A DNA stretch of 32,000 nucleotides, from NCBI RefSeq assembly GCF_000039765.1, contig NC_004460.2, forward strand, positions 600,001-632,000, given 5' to 3'. Positions 19,986 to 29,767 of the stretch are shown here, piece after piece. The DNA comes from Vibrio vulnificus CMCP6 (GTDB lineage: Bacteria > Pseudomonadota > Gammaproteobacteria > Enterobacterales > Vibrionaceae). Each line of letters opens with the position of its first letter. Within the stretch, counting starts at the first letter, position 1. Both the position numbers and the translations under genes were made by a program. Under the pieces are notes generated by a model, which was not told the DNA's origin, made no database searches, and saw only the letters and a program-made list of their open reading frames with translations.

Positions 19986-20870
19986 TTACAGAACGTAGAC
20001 AAAGACAAACAAACAGAGCCAAACCACATCAACAAAATGCCAATACCAACTACCCGCTTGAAAGGCAAAATGATCTTTCGGCGTGAAATGATCTTTGGCG
20101 ATGCGTCCGAGTAACACGATCAAAAACGTCGTACCTAAGAACACATGCATGCCGTGAAAACCCGTCAAGAGAAAGAAGGTATTGCCATAAATGCCTGATT
20201 GCAGTGTCAGCCCCATTTCCTGATAAGCATGGGCATATTCCTCTACTTGATAGAAAAGGAAGAAGCCCGCGAGGACGATGGTGATCTCCAACCAAACAAT
20301 CAACGCCATACGTTGATTTTTCTCTAAGCTGGTATGCGCCAAATGCAGGGTAATCGATGAGGTCAATAAAATGATGGTATTAACCAAAGGGATCCCTTGC
20401 CATGGCATTGCTTGTGTTTCTTGACCAGATGGTGTGGTGGTCAGAGGCCAAAGGGCTTCAAAGCTTGGCCACAAAATCTCATGCGTCATGGCATTGTTGT
20501 CTGCCCCGCCAAGCCATGGCACTGCCACCATTCTTGCGTAGAAAAGCGCACCAAAAAACGCGCCGAAAAACATCACCTCAGAAAAAATAAACCAACTCAT
20601 TCCTTGTCGAAACGAGCGGGCAATCTGCTCACTGTATTTTCCGGTGAGTGATTCGGTGATCACGTTGCTAAACCACCCTGCCAGCATATACAGCAAGGTG
20701 ACAAAACCGACGATTAAAATCACATTGCCAATTGGCCCCACGGGTCCTTCGATTTGCGTTCCCTGAACGGTCATGCCAGCCCCAACGGCAATCATAAAGA
20801 GCGCAAAAGCCCCAAGAATCGGCCAATTGCTTTGGGCAGGAACATAATATGACGGATGTTTGTTACTCAT
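19986..20870 (-). CDS. ctaE: Cytochrome c oxidase subunit III
   Basis: YYVPAQSNWPILGA, MFFGAFFGALFYARM, GFHGMHVFLGTTFL, FQAGSWYWHFVDVVWLCLFVFVYV. Confidence 0.97.
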   Translation of the reverse strand: MSNKHPSYYVPAQSNWPILGAFALFMIAVGAGMTVQGTQIEGPVGPIGNVILIVGFVTLLYMLAGWFSNVITESLTGKYSEQIARSFRQGMSWFIFSEVMFFGAFFGALFYARMVAVPWLGGADNNAMTHEILWPSFEALWPLTTTPSGQETQAMPWQGIPLVNTIILLTSSITLHLAHTSLEKNQRMALIVWLEITIVLAGFFLFYQVEEYAHAYQEMGLTLQSGIYGNTFFLLTGFHGMHVFLGTTFLIVLLGRIAKDHFTPKDHFAFQAGSWYWHFVDVVWLCLFVFVYVL

Positions 20871-21478
20871 AGCTCAGCTCCCTGAGGCAGTGGATTGGTT
20901 GCCTCCTTGAGTCCAGATAATTGCGCGAGTTTCTCTCTGTCGGCTTGTTCAACGGGTAAGCGATACAAGGTGTAAGAGAGCGTTAAGGTGTGAATTTCGG
21001 CGGGTAAGTCAGGTTCGATGTAGAAAATCAACGGCATCTGTGCCAACTGATTTCCTTCAATGGGTTGGCGATTAAAACAAAAACACTCAATCTTGTTGAA
21101 AAATGCCGCCCCCTGCCCCGGAGACACCGACGGCACGGCCTGACCAACTAAGATCTCTTGGCTGAGGTTTTGCGCCAAATACGCCGTTTGAATCACTTCC
21201 CCCGGATGCACATTAAGAGTGACCGATTGTGGTTTGAAGCTCCACGGCATATCTGGTGCAACATGCGCCATGAACTCGACGCGAATGGTTCGGCTGGTAT
21301 CAATCTGCAACCCTACCGGAGCCGCCACGGCAACATTATCGGTTTTACCATTGATGCCAAGCACATCGCACATCACGTCATACAGAGGCACCAACGCAAA
21401 ACCGAAACCAAACATCGCCAAAGCCGCCATCGTCAGCTTAAGAGTGAGAATGCGGTTCGATCTTCCCCCAGTCATCAT
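20867..21478 (-). CDS. ctaG: Cytochrome c oxidase assembly protein CtaG/Cox11
   Basis: ALVPLYDVMCDVLGINGKT, IQTAYLAQNLSQ, FFNKIECFCFNRQPI (CFCF copper-binding motif), MPLIFYIEPDLP. Confidence 0.96.
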   Translation of the reverse strand: MMTGGRSNRILTLKLTMAALAMFGFGFALVPLYDVMCDVLGINGKTDNVAVAAPVGLQIDTSRTIRVEFMAHVAPDMPWSFKPQSVTLNVHPGEVIQTAYLAQNLSQEILVGQAVPSVSPGQGAAFFNKIECFCFNRQPIEGNQLAQMPLIFYIEPDLPAEIHTLTLSYTLYRLPVEQADREKLAQLSGLKEATNPLPQGAEL

Positions 21479-21484
21479 GTCACC

Positions 21485-23116
21485 TCAATCCACTTTGGGT
21501 GGTGTCGAGAAGGTGTGATGTGGGGCTGGGCTAGGTACTGTCCACTCCAACCCTTCCGCTCTTTCCCACGGTTTGGCTGCGGCTTTGTCGCCTCCTTTGA
21601 CGCATTTAATCACCAGCCAGAGGAAGATAAGCTGCGATAAGCCAAACGCAAATCCGCCAATCGAGACAATCTGATTCACATCAGCAAACTGAATCGCGTA
21701 GTCCGGAATACGTCGTGGCATCCCCGCCAAGCCAAGGAAATGCATTGGGAAGAAAAGGATATTGACCGAAATCACCGAGCACCAAAAATGCCACAAACTA
21801 AGCCGCTGGTCGTACATATGCCCCGTCCACTTGGGCAGCCAATAATAGGCCGCCGCCATGATGGAGAACACCGCACCAGAAACCAGCACATAGTGGAAAT
21901 GGGCCACTACAAAATAGGTATCGTGATATTGAAAATCCGCAGGAACAATCGCTAACATCAGGCCGGAGAAACCACCAATGGTGAACAACACAATAAAGGC
22001 GATCGCAAACAACATCGGTGTTTCAAACGTCAACGAGCCGCGCCACATAGTCGCAACCCAGTTAAACACTTTAACCCCAGTCGGAACCGCAATCATCATG
22101 GTGCAATACATAAAGAACAGCTCGGCAAATACCGGCATGCCAGTGGTGAACATATGGTGTGCCCACACCACAAACGAGAGCAGTGCAATACTACAGGTTG
22201 CGTAAACCATTGAGTGATAACCAAAAAGCTTTTTGCCACTAAACGCTGGGATGATGGCGGAGACAATACCGAAGGACGGCAAAATCATGATGTAAACTTC
22301 AGGGTGGCCGAAGAACCAAAAGATGTGTTGGAACATCACAGGGTCACCACCACCTGCCGCGTCAAAGAAACTGGTGCCGAAATACTTATCTGTCAGCACC
22401 ATGGTGACAGCCCCTGCCAACACTGGCATTACAGCAATCAACAAGAACGCCGTAATCAACCAAGTCCAGACGAACATCGGTAGCTTAAACCAGGTCATAC
22501 CCGGAGCACGCATATTGACGATGGTCACTATCACATTGATCGCGCCCATGATGGAGCTGATCCCCATAATGTGCACAGAGAACACAAACAGTGCCGTGCT
22601 ATCGGGGCCATACTTGGTCGAAAGCGGCGCATAGAAAGTCCAACCAAAATCAGGGCCGCCGCCGGGTAAAAACAGCGAACCGATGAGGATTAAAAAGGCA
22701 AAAGGCAAAATCCAAAAGCTCAAGTTATTCATTCTTGGCAACGCCATATCCGGCGCACCAATCATCATCGGGATCATCCAGTTGGCGAGGCCAGTGAAGG
22801 CTGGCATGACCGCACCAAACACCATCACCAAACCGTGAACTGTGGTCATTTGATTAAAGAATTGCGGATCTACCAATTGCAAACCCGGTTGAAAGAGTTC
22901 GGCGCGAATCACCATCGCCATCGCACCACCGGTTAAAAACATGATGAAGCTAAACCAAAGGTAGAGCGTGCCAATGTCTTTGTGATTGGTGGAGTAGATC
23001 CAACGGCCTATGCCAGAAGGTTGATGATGTTCATGAGCGTCGCTTTCCACCGCCACAGCACTAGACAGTTCACTTTCTGCCGACGCAGATTTGACCGGTT
23101 TTTCAAATTGACTCAT
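21485..23116 (-). CDS. ctaD: Cytochrome c oxidase subunit I
   Basis: 543 aa; [74 protein letters not shown]. Confidence 0.98.
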   Translation of the reverse strand: MSQFEKPVKSASAESELSSAVAVESDAHEHHQPSGIGRWIYSTNHKDIGTLYLWFSFIMFLTGGAMAMVIRAELFQPGLQLVDPQFFNQMTTVHGLVMVFGAVMPAFTGLANWMIPMMIGAPDMALPRMNNLSFWILPFAFLILIGSLFLPGGGPDFGWTFYAPLSTKYGPDSTALFVFSVHIMGISSIMGAINVIVTIVNMRAPGMTWFKLPMFVWTWLITAFLLIAVMPVLAGAVTMVLTDKYFGTSFFDAAGGGDPVMFQHIFWFFGHPEVYIMILPSFGIVSAIIPAFSGKKLFGYHSMVYATCSIALLSFVVWAHHMFTTGMPVFAELFFMYCTMMIAVPTGVKVFNWVATMWRGSLTFETPMLFAIAFIVLFTIGGFSGLMLAIVPADFQYHDTYFVVAHFHYVLVSGAVFSIMAAAYYWLPKWTGHMYDQRLSLWHFWCSVISVNILFFPMHFLGLAGMPRRIPDYAIQFADVNQIVSIGGFAFGLSQLIFLWLVIKCVKGGDKAAAKPWERAEGLEWTVPSPAPHHTFSTPPKVD

Positions 23117-24273
23117 TGTCCCTCCCCGCGACTCTGCGCTTTATGGGCGTTGACGTCAGCCGCTTGCACCGCATCACCTGTGTCATTACCAAAGGCATTG
23201 CGTTGATACGTGACCACCGAAGCAATCTCTTGCTCAGAAAGCTGATTGGCAAAAGCTTGCATTGCGGTTCCTGCTTTACCATTAAGAACAATGTCGATGT
23301 GCTTGTCGCGATCCCCAGTGGCAATCGCACTGCCTTTAATGGCGGGAAAGGCTCCGGGGATCCCCATGCCATTGGCTTGATGGCAAACCGCGCATCGCGC
23401 GCTGTAAATCGCTTCACCTTGAGCCATCAACTCATCCAGCGACAGTGTTTGCGTCAGTGCCGATGCTGCCGCTTGCTTCGCTTCGGCTAACTCGGTTTTC
23501 TTATTGGCAAGCCATTGTTCAAAATCGTTCTCTTCCATAGCATGCACCACCACGGGCATAAAACCATGTGCTCGACCACACAACTCAGCACACTGGCCAC
23601 GGTATACCCCGGGCTGATCGATGCGTGTCCATGCTTCATTGATGAAACCGGGGATAGTATCTTTCTTCACCGCAAAATCGGGCACCCACCACGAATGAAT
23701 GACATCATCAGAAGTGAGAAGAAAACGGATCTTACGATTGATGGGGACAACCAGAGGATTATCCACTTCCAACAAATAATTGGCCCCTTTGACTTCAAGA
23801 CCATCGATCTGCTTTTGCGAGGTCGCCAGTAAACTGAAAAATTCAACGTCTTCCCCGAAATAGCTGTAGTGCCATTTCCACTGAGAACCGGTAATTTTAA
23901 CCGTCAGATCAGATTGAGATGTGTCCTCCATCGCCACCAACGTTTTGGTGGCTGGAATCGCCATCGCGACGAGGATCAAAATCGGAATCACCGTCCATAT
24001 CACTTCCACTTTGGTGCTTTCATGAAAATGCGCAGCGACGGCCCCTTTCGATTTTCGGTGTTTAAAAATGGCATAGAACATGGCCCCAAACACAATCAGT
24101 GCTATGGCACAGCAGATATAAAAAATCAGCATGTGCAACTCATACACCTGCTGACTGATCTGTGTGACTCCTTGGGTCATATTGAAGTCTGTTTGCGATG
24201 CAATGGCTGGCGCACCGAAGCCGACTAGCATCAGGTCAAACAGCCCCATCAGTGTGAGAAATCGTTTCTTCAA
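23113..24273 (-). CDS. ctaC: Cytochrome c oxidase subunit II with fused C-terminal cytochrome c domain (caa3-type)
   Basis: [20 protein letters not shown], CuA site [16 protein letters not shown]-terminal heme c motif [14 protein letters not shown]. 4-nt overlap with ctaD. Confidence 0.96.
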   Translation of the reverse strand: MKKRFLTLMGLFDLMLVGFGAPAIASQTDFNMTQGVTQISQQVYELHMLIFYICCAIALIVFGAMFYAIFKHRKSKGAVAAHFHESTKVEVIWTVIPILILVAMAIPATKTLVAMEDTSQSDLTVKITGSQWKWHYSYFGEDVEFFSLLATSQKQIDGLEVKGANYLLEVDNPLVVPINRKIRFLLTSDDVIHSWWVPDFAVKKDTIPGFINEAWTRIDQPGVYRGQCAELCGRAHGFMPVVVHAMEENDFEQWLANKKTELAEAKQAAASALTQTLSLDELMAQGEAIYSARCAVCHQANGMGIPGAFPAIKGSAIATGDRDKHIDIVLNGKAGTAMQAFANQLSEQEIASVVTYQRNAFGNDTGDAVQAADVNAHKAQSRGEGQ

Positions 24274-24602
24274 AAGCTATCTCCTCTGACTCACCGCGCC
24301 AACGTTGAGATTGATCATTTCGGACTGCAACTACCGAACAAACCAGTAAAAAAAGGGCAAAACCCTGATTTCAACACTCTTTGTTATATTTATGTTAAAA
24401 AGCTAGACTCAGTTATGGCTTTCTTCAAGAAAATATCCACAAAACAACAAACAATCTTGTCAATAAGAACACTTAAGGTAGAGAAATTGTCTATCTTTAG
24501 AACAAATGAAATTTTTATGATTTCAGTAATCGTTTGGCATCACGGAAATGATATTTATTATCATTTAATTTAAAGAAAACAGAGAGAGTAAGGAAAAATC
24601 GT

Positions 24603-26309
24603 ATGCTAAAACAAGTCACTGACTGGTTGGCCAGAGATCCGGATCCACGCACCCGTGAAGAACTTCAGTACCTCATTGATGAGAAGATGACGGAAGAATT
24701 GCAAGACCGTTTTCGCGGCAGGCTTGAATTTGGTACCGCCGGATTACGTGGAAAAGTCGGTTCGGGACCAAATCGCATGAACAGACTTGTAATTCAAGAA
24801 ACCGCGACAGGACTCGGACATTATCTCATCGAGACGATTCGTGATGCCGCTGCTCGTGGCGTGGTGATTGGCTATGATGGCCGAACCGATTCGAAGCAAT
24901 TTGCTCACGACACGGCCGCTGTACTCACCGCCTTGGGCATTAAGGTTTACCTCACCCATAAAGTGGCCCCAACCCCAGTGGTTGCGTTTGGTGTCAAACA
25001 GTTTAATGCCGCAGCAGCGGTAGTGGTTACCGCAAGCCACAACCCACCGGAATACAACGGCTTTAAAGTGTATTGGGAAAATGGCGCGCAAATCATTCCA
25101 CCTCATGATGCGGGTATTGCCGCCGAGATTGAGCAAGCGACGCACAAACCTATCCCTCTCATGTCATTGAGTGATGCGGAAAAACACGGCCTTTTGGTTT
25201 GGCTCAAAGAGGATTACTACCAAACGTATCGCCAAGCGATGAACACTCACCCATTGTTAAAATCTGGCCATGCGGTTGATATTTCCATCGCGTACACCGC
25301 TATGCATGGTGTCGGCGCTGAGATGGCTGAGACACTGCTGGCCGATGCCGGTTTCACTCACGTGCTGAGCGTACCTGAACAACGGGAGCCTGATGGCACG
25401 TTCCCGACGGTCAACTTCCCTAACCCAGAAGAAGCTGGGGCGATGGATATGGTGATGAATCTAGCAAAAACCGTCGATGCAGAGATTGCCTGTGCCAATG
25501 ACCCTGATGCCGACCGCTTTGCCGTTGCTGTTCGCAAACCGGATGGTAACTACCAAATGCTCACAGGAGATCAAGTGGGCGCGTTATTCGCCAATTATCT
25601 CCTCAGCAGCGTGGATGCCAGCAAGCAGTTGGTTGGTAACACCATTGTCTCTTCCCGCTTGTTGGCTGACATCGCCAAACAGCACGGAGCTCACTACTAC
25701 CAAACGCTCACGGGCTTTAAGTGGCTCACCAATGTAGCCATGACTCAGCAAAGCGATGACAAGCAGTTCTTGTTTGCGTATGAGGAAGCGCTGGGCTACA
25801 CCGTGGGCAATAAAGTTTGGGATAAAGACGGTTTGTCAGCACTGGTCGCGTTTGCCCAGCTCACGGCACATCTTAAAGAAAATGGCCTGACTTTGTGGGA
25901 CAAATTAGAGCAACTTTATCGCCAACATGGCTTCTATTTTAACGCGCAGCGCAGTATTGCCTTATCGCCTGATTCGCCACCCATCGGGGACCAGCTGAGA
26001 GCCAAACCGCCGAAAACCATTGCAGGGCAGAAGGTAACGGTGATTGAAGATCTCAAAGCGTCGTTGCGATACGTGACCAATGGCGTGACAGAAGCGATTA
26101 ACCTGCCGGCCAGCGATGTTCTGATCTATCACCTTGAAGATCGCTCACGCGTTATCGTTCGCCCTTCAGGCACTGAGCCGAAACTAAAGTGCTACTACGA
26201 GGTGATTAGCGATTTCCCTGCTGAGTTGGATTACCAAACCGCACAGTTTAAGGCCGAGAGCAAAATGAACGCGCTTATTGCTGCCCATCAACAAAGCTTG
26301 TCATCGTAA
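24603..26309 (+). CDS. Phosphoglucomutase/phosphomannomutase family protein
   Basis: 568 aa; TASHNPPEYNGFKVYW active-site serine loop, CANDPDADRFAVAV metal loop, FAYEEALGY sugar loop, VRPSGTEPKLKCYYEV phosphate loop. Confidence 0.95.
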   Translation: MLKQVTDWLARDPDPRTREELQYLIDEKMTEELQDRFRGRLEFGTAGLRGKVGSGPNRMNRLVIQETATGLGHYLIETIRDAAARGVVIGYDGRTDSKQFAHDTAAVLTALGIKVYLTHKVAPTPVVAFGVKQFNAAAAVVVTASHNPPEYNGFKVYWENGAQIIPPHDAGIAAEIEQATHKPIPLMSLSDAEKHGLLVWLKEDYYQTYRQAMNTHPLLKSGHAVDISIAYTAMHGVGAEMAETLLADAGFTHVLSVPEQREPDGTFPTVNFPNPEEAGAMDMVMNLAKTVDAEIACANDPDADRFAVAVRKPDGNYQMLTGDQVGALFANYLLSSVDASKQLVGNTIVSSRLLADIAKQHGAHYYQTLTGFKWLTNVAMTQQSDDKQFLFAYEEALGYTVGNKVWDKDGLSALVAFAQLTAHLKENGLTLWDKLEQLYRQHGFYFNAQRSIALSPDSPPIGDQLRAKPPKTIAGQKVTVIEDLKASLRYVTNGVTEAINLPASDVLIYHLEDRSRVIVRPSGTEPKLKCYYEVISDFPAELDYQTAQFKAESKMNALIAAHQQSLSS

Positions 26310-26315
26310 TAAAAA

Positions 26316-26350
26316 CAAAGAGCACACTCGACGTATGAGTGTGCTCTTTG
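26316..26350. terminator. Bidirectional terminator between phosphohexomutase and GNAT genes
   Basis: CAAAGAGCACACTC / GACGTAT / GAGTGTGCTCTTTG, perfect 14-bp stem. Confidence 0.85.
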
Positions 26351-26368
26351 ACTAAACCGGTCTAATGA

Positions 26369-26791
26369 TTAAATGACTTTTTGCAAGAAGTACTTATTGA
26401 TGCCTTTTGCTGGGTAATCGCTATATTGTCCAACCTGCTCAAAACCCAATTTGAGATAAAAATCCAACGCTTGGAAACTGTAGGTATCAAGACAAATATC
26501 CGTCACCCCTTGTGGTTTTACCTCGTGTTCCAAACGCTGCATCAATTGACTGCCTAAGCCATGTTGACGGTAGTGTTCATCTAACCAAAGAAATTCCACA
26601 AAGACGCTGTTGGTAAACAAATCGCCCGCTAGGCCGCCCACCAAATTGCCCTCCTCATTACGAACAAAACAGCCGATCTTTTTTACCTCGCCATCAGGAA
26701 GATGTTGAGCATTGTAAGCACGAATCCCCTGACGAATGGTTTCAAATTCTTCATTTTGTAGGTCAAAGGTAAATTCTGTTTTCAAGTCCAT
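26369..26791 (-). CDS. GNAT-family N-acetyltransferase
   Basis: VEFLWLDEHYRQHGLGSQLMQRLEHEV (acetyl-CoA motif A), DTYSFQALDFYLKLGFEQVGQYSDYP. Confidence 0.9.
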   Translation of the reverse strand: MDLKTEFTFDLQNEEFETIRQGIRAYNAQHLPDGEVKKIGCFVRNEEGNLVGGLAGDLFTNSVFVEFLWLDEHYRQHGLGSQLMQRLEHEVKPQGVTDICLDTYSFQALDFYLKLGFEQVGQYSDYPAKGINKYFLQKVI

Positions 26792-26920
26792 TGCATTCCT
26801 CCCGTGTGATCGTTACCCGCAAATCTAAGCTTAAGCATTACTGCTTTGCTTTTTGCATGTTTTAGTTTTTGCAAACTTTGGTTTTTACGAGCTCTAGTTA
26901 TTGCGAGCCCTAGTTAAGAA

Positions 26921-26943
26921 AAAAGCCAGCGGCGCTGGCTTTT
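26921..26943 (-). terminator. Rho-independent terminator after the LysE-family gene
   Basis: AAAAGCCAGC / GGC / GCTGGCTTTT; on the - strand it is followed by TTCTT. Confidence 0.75.
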
Positions 26944-26958
26944 AGGTCAAACAATCTA

Positions 26959-27591
26959 TCACGAGTTAAAATTCAATAACATCCAAAGAGATAAGAAAAC
27001 AAATACCGCCCCCATCACTTTGTGCTGATAAAGTCGGAACGTGGCATTGTCCAAAAGCTTCTTACCAACCGTGCCAGCCAAAGCAACCAACACAAAATTG
27101 AACAATAAACCCAAAACATTGAGAAGCAGGCCTAACGCCAACATCTGTTCACCAGAAGAGGCAGAGATGTTATTCGACACAAACTGAGGCAAAAACATCA
27201 CAAAGAAAACCAACGCCTTCGGATTGAGCAAATTGCTCATTAATGCGCGTTGATAGTAAGTCAATGCCATGGCATTGTCATGCTGAGATTGCGGCGCTTG
27301 AGCTGGAGAAGTTCGCAAACAGTCCCAACCCATTTTGAGCAAGTACGCACCGCCCAGTAAATGGAGGGCTTTCAAAGCCAAAGGGCTCATGGCTATCAAC
27401 GCTGAAACGCCCATCGCGGCCAGCAAGGTTAAGATGATCCCCGACGTGGCATTGCCCAAACTGGCAAATAGCCCAACTTTCTTACCGTAACTCATGCTTG
27501 AACTGGCAATCAGCAGCATGTCTGGGCCTGGCAACAATAACAATGCAATCACTGCCGTTAAATAAACAGGCAAAATAGTAATATCGATCAT
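26959..27591 (-). CDS. LysE/RhtB-family amino acid exporter
   Basis: Start MIDITILPVYL at 27591; GPDMLLIASSSMSYGKKVGLFASLGNATSGIILTLLAAMG, YQRALMSNLLNPKALVFFVMFLPQFV. Confidence 0.93.
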   Translation of the reverse strand: MIDITILPVYLTAVIALLLLPGPDMLLIASSSMSYGKKVGLFASLGNATSGIILTLLAAMGVSALIAMSPLALKALHLLGGAYLLKMGWDCLRTSPAQAPQSQHDNAMALTYYQRALMSNLLNPKALVFFVMFLPQFVSNNISASSGEQMLALGLLLNVLGLLFNFVLVALAGTVGKKLLDNATFRLYQHKVMGAVFVFLSLWMLLNFNS

Positions 27592-27752
27592 TTTTATTCT
27601 GGTCTTTTGGAACAAGGGCGCGGATTTTACCGAAACAGCCCCACAACAACCAGATATACCTCCATCACAAACATCATTTGCCGATTTAATAACCAATCCT
27701 ACGAAAACAACCAGCGTGTTCCGCTAAATTGTGCCGAGCGATAGGATTGAGA

Positions 27753-27768
27753 GCAATTTTGTACAAAA
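27753..27768. promoter_or_regulatory. Candidate regulator binding site upstream of the AraC-family gene
   Basis: GCAATTTTGTACAAAA; contains the perfect 12-bp palindrome TTTTGTACAAAA, with the 14-mer GCAATTTTGTACAA repeated upstream of azlC. Confidence 0.4.
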
Positions 27769-27821
27769 ATGGGGGGAATGTTTGGCGTACACTCAAATCA
27801 TCTCAACGGACAAGGCAAACA

Positions 27822-28652
27822 ATGAAAAAGAACAGTAAGGAAGTCGCGCATTTCCAAATTGCCTCAGAACTGGGGGGATTGGAGTTACTTGATGCCAAAT
27901 ATGAGAAGCAAAATTTTTCTCGCCATAGTCATGAAGGCTATACCATCGGCGTGATTGAAAAAGGCGCGCAACGTTTTTTCCGCACCGGGGGTAACCATAT
28001 TGCGCCGCAAGACAGCATCATTCTTGTTAACGCGGACGAAGTGCACAACGGGCATTCCGCCACTGAAGGTGGATGGGAGTACAAAGCCATGTACCCAGTG
28101 CCAGAGCAGTTTCAAAGACTCAGTGAAGAACTGAATGCACCGAATATCGCCATCCCCTATTTTCCGCAGCCTGTGGTCTACGACCCTGAATTAGCCATGC
28201 AGCTTCGGCTGGTTTTTGACACCTTAGCCAATTCGGACAATCGCTTACTGCGCGAAACCTTGGTGTATGGAACCTTGATTAAACTCGCGGCGAAACACAG
28301 TACCCATCGGATTTCGCCTCAAAACAATCCGGCAGCGCAGCGTCAATTAACCTTGGTTAAAGAGTTTCTTGATGACTTTCCGCAAGCTGATGTCTCCTTA
28401 GAAGAGCTGGCAAGGCTGGGCGGTATCAGCCCTTTTCATCTTGTTCGCGAGTTTCAAAAACGCTATGGATTCCCGCCACATGCCTATCAGATACAGCAAA
28501 GGCTAAGGCTTGCCAAACAACTACTGCGCCAAGGCCGACGTATTTTGGATGTAGCCCAAGAGTGCGGTTTTCATGATCAAAGCCATTTCCACCGCCATTT
28601 TAAAAAGGCGATGGGGGTGACGCCTGGGCAATATGTGAAAAATTTGGCGTGA
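27822..28652 (+). CDS. AraC-family transcriptional regulator with N-terminal cupin-like domain
   Basis: Start MKKNSKEVAH at 27822; RHSHEGYTIGVIEKGAQRFF cupin-type sensor; HTH VSLEELARLGGISPFHLVREFQKRYGFPPHAYQIQQRLRLAKQLL ... AQECGFHDQSHFHRHFKKAMGVTPGQYVK. Confidence 0.94.
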   Translation: MKKNSKEVAHFQIASELGGLELLDAKYEKQNFSRHSHEGYTIGVIEKGAQRFFRTGGNHIAPQDSIILVNADEVHNGHSATEGGWEYKAMYPVPEQFQRLSEELNAPNIAIPYFPQPVVYDPELAMQLRLVFDTLANSDNRLLRETLVYGTLIKLAAKHSTHRISPQNNPAAQRQLTLVKEFLDDFPQADVSLEELARLGGISPFHLVREFQKRYGFPPHAYQIQQRLRLAKQLLRQGRRILDVAQECGFHDQSHFHRHFKKAMGVTPGQYVKNLA

Positions 28653-28653
28653 G

Positions 28654-28667
28654 GCAATTTTGTACAA
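28654..28667. promoter_or_regulatory. Candidate regulator binding site upstream of azlC
   Basis: GCAATTTTGTACAA, identical to bases 27753-27766. Confidence 0.4.
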
Positions 28668-28709
28668 GCCTGCACATCACCATCACTTTAGGCTGAAGAA
28701 AACATCACG

Positions 28710-29435
28710 ATGAGTCATAAAATGGATACCACACTTTCTCACGCCGACCACTCGAAAACTCGGCGTTTTCTACAAGGCACCATGGCGATGATGCCACTGA
28801 GTATTGCCGTTCTTCCCTGGGGACTGCTGGCGGGCTCTTTCGCCATCGATTCCGGTCTCACGGCTTTGGAAGGGCAAGCCCTTTCGGCTATTTTGTTTGC
28901 CGGCTCTGCCCAGCTCGTCGCGATGGGGATGATCAAAGCAGGGGCTGGCGTTGCCACCATGTTACTTACCACCTTCTTTATCACTTCGCGCCATTTTCTC
29001 TATAGCGTTTCGATGCGCAGTAAAATCGCTCCTCTACCCTTACGCTGGCGTTTGTCGTTGGGCTTTCTCTTAACCGATGAGTTGTTTGCTTTGGTCGGTC
29101 ATCAACCAGACAAGCAGTTTGACCGATGGTATGCCCTCGGAGGAGGCTTGAGCTTTTATCTCTTTTGGAACGCAGCCACGTTTGGCGGTATCTTGGCGGG
29201 CCAGTTTCTCCCACAACTTAACGATCTCGGGCTGGAGTTCGCGGTTGCCGCAACCTTTATCGCCATTGTGGTCCCCAGCATCAAGAGCATTGCTGTCTTG
29301 GTCAGTGTGGTGACGGCACTCATTTTTTCGGTGGTGCTTCACTTCTTGAAGATTGAAGGGGCATTAATGATGGCCAGCATCGGAGCCATGAGTGCTGGCT
29401 ATTTGGCAGAACAATTAGGAGCTCGCAAATTATGA
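28710..29435 (+). CDS. azlC: AzlC-family (branched-chain) amino acid exporter, large subunit
   Basis: MMPLSIAVLPWGLLAGSFAIDSGLTALEGQALSAILFAGSAQLVAMGMI, TTFFITSRHFLYSVSM, FLLTDELFALV. Confidence 0.92.
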   Translation: MSHKMDTTLSHADHSKTRRFLQGTMAMMPLSIAVLPWGLLAGSFAIDSGLTALEGQALSAILFAGSAQLVAMGMIKAGAGVATMLLTTFFITSRHFLYSVSMRSKIAPLPLRWRLSLGFLLTDELFALVGHQPDKQFDRWYALGGGLSFYLFWNAATFGGILAGQFLPQLNDLGLEFAVAATFIAIVVPSIKSIAVLVSVVTALIFSVVLHFLKIEGALMMASIGAMSAGYLAEQLGARKL

Positions 29436-29746
29436 TCATGCTAACCATTTTAGCGCTGACCGTGTTGGTTTTCGCTAGTCGTTATCTGTTTTTGGAACCG
29501 AGTTTGCCATTGAAGCTAGGCTACAAAACACAGCGATTCTTAAGCTACGCCAGCCCGGCGGTACTAACCGCCATTTGGGCACCTATCGTGTTTATCCCAG
29601 AGGGCGAGTTGCAGCTTTCACTGCAAAACCCCTATCTGCTGGCGGCGTTTGTCGCGGCGTTGATCGCTTGGCGCAGCAAAAACGTACTGCTCACTACCAT
29701 TGTCAGTATGTTCCTGTTTTTGCTTTTAAAATTGTGGGTATTCTAG
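29432..29746 (+). CDS. azlD: AzlD-family transporter small subunit
   Basis: 4-nt overlap with azlC; ILALTVLVFASRYLFLEPSLPLKLGYKTQRFLSYASPAVLTAIWAPIVF. Confidence 0.88.
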   Translation: MIMLTILALTVLVFASRYLFLEPSLPLKLGYKTQRFLSYASPAVLTAIWAPIVFIPEGELQLSLQNPYLLAAFVAALIAWRSKNVLLTTIVSMFLFLLLKLWVF

Positions 29747-29767
29747 TTGGACGTTGCTCAATGGTCG

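Noticed and set aside
21158-21640. + strand ORF of 160 aa opposite ctaG
   Set aside because: Antisense to the CFCF-containing ctaG/cox11 gene; translation (QRKTETKHRQSRHRQLKSENAVRSS) looks non-coding.
21740-23206. Series of + strand ORFs opposite ctaD
   Set aside because: Antisense shadows of the subunit I gene.
23103-23417. 104-aa - strand ORF at the ctaC/ctaD junction
   Set aside because: Out-of-frame overlap with the cytochrome c coding part of ctaC; arginine and methionine rich with no domain.
24744-25145. 133-aa - strand ORF opposite the phosphohexomutase gene
   Set aside because: Antisense to active-site regions of a clear CDS.
29070-29342. - strand ORF inside azlC
   Set aside because: Antisense to a clear membrane transporter gene.
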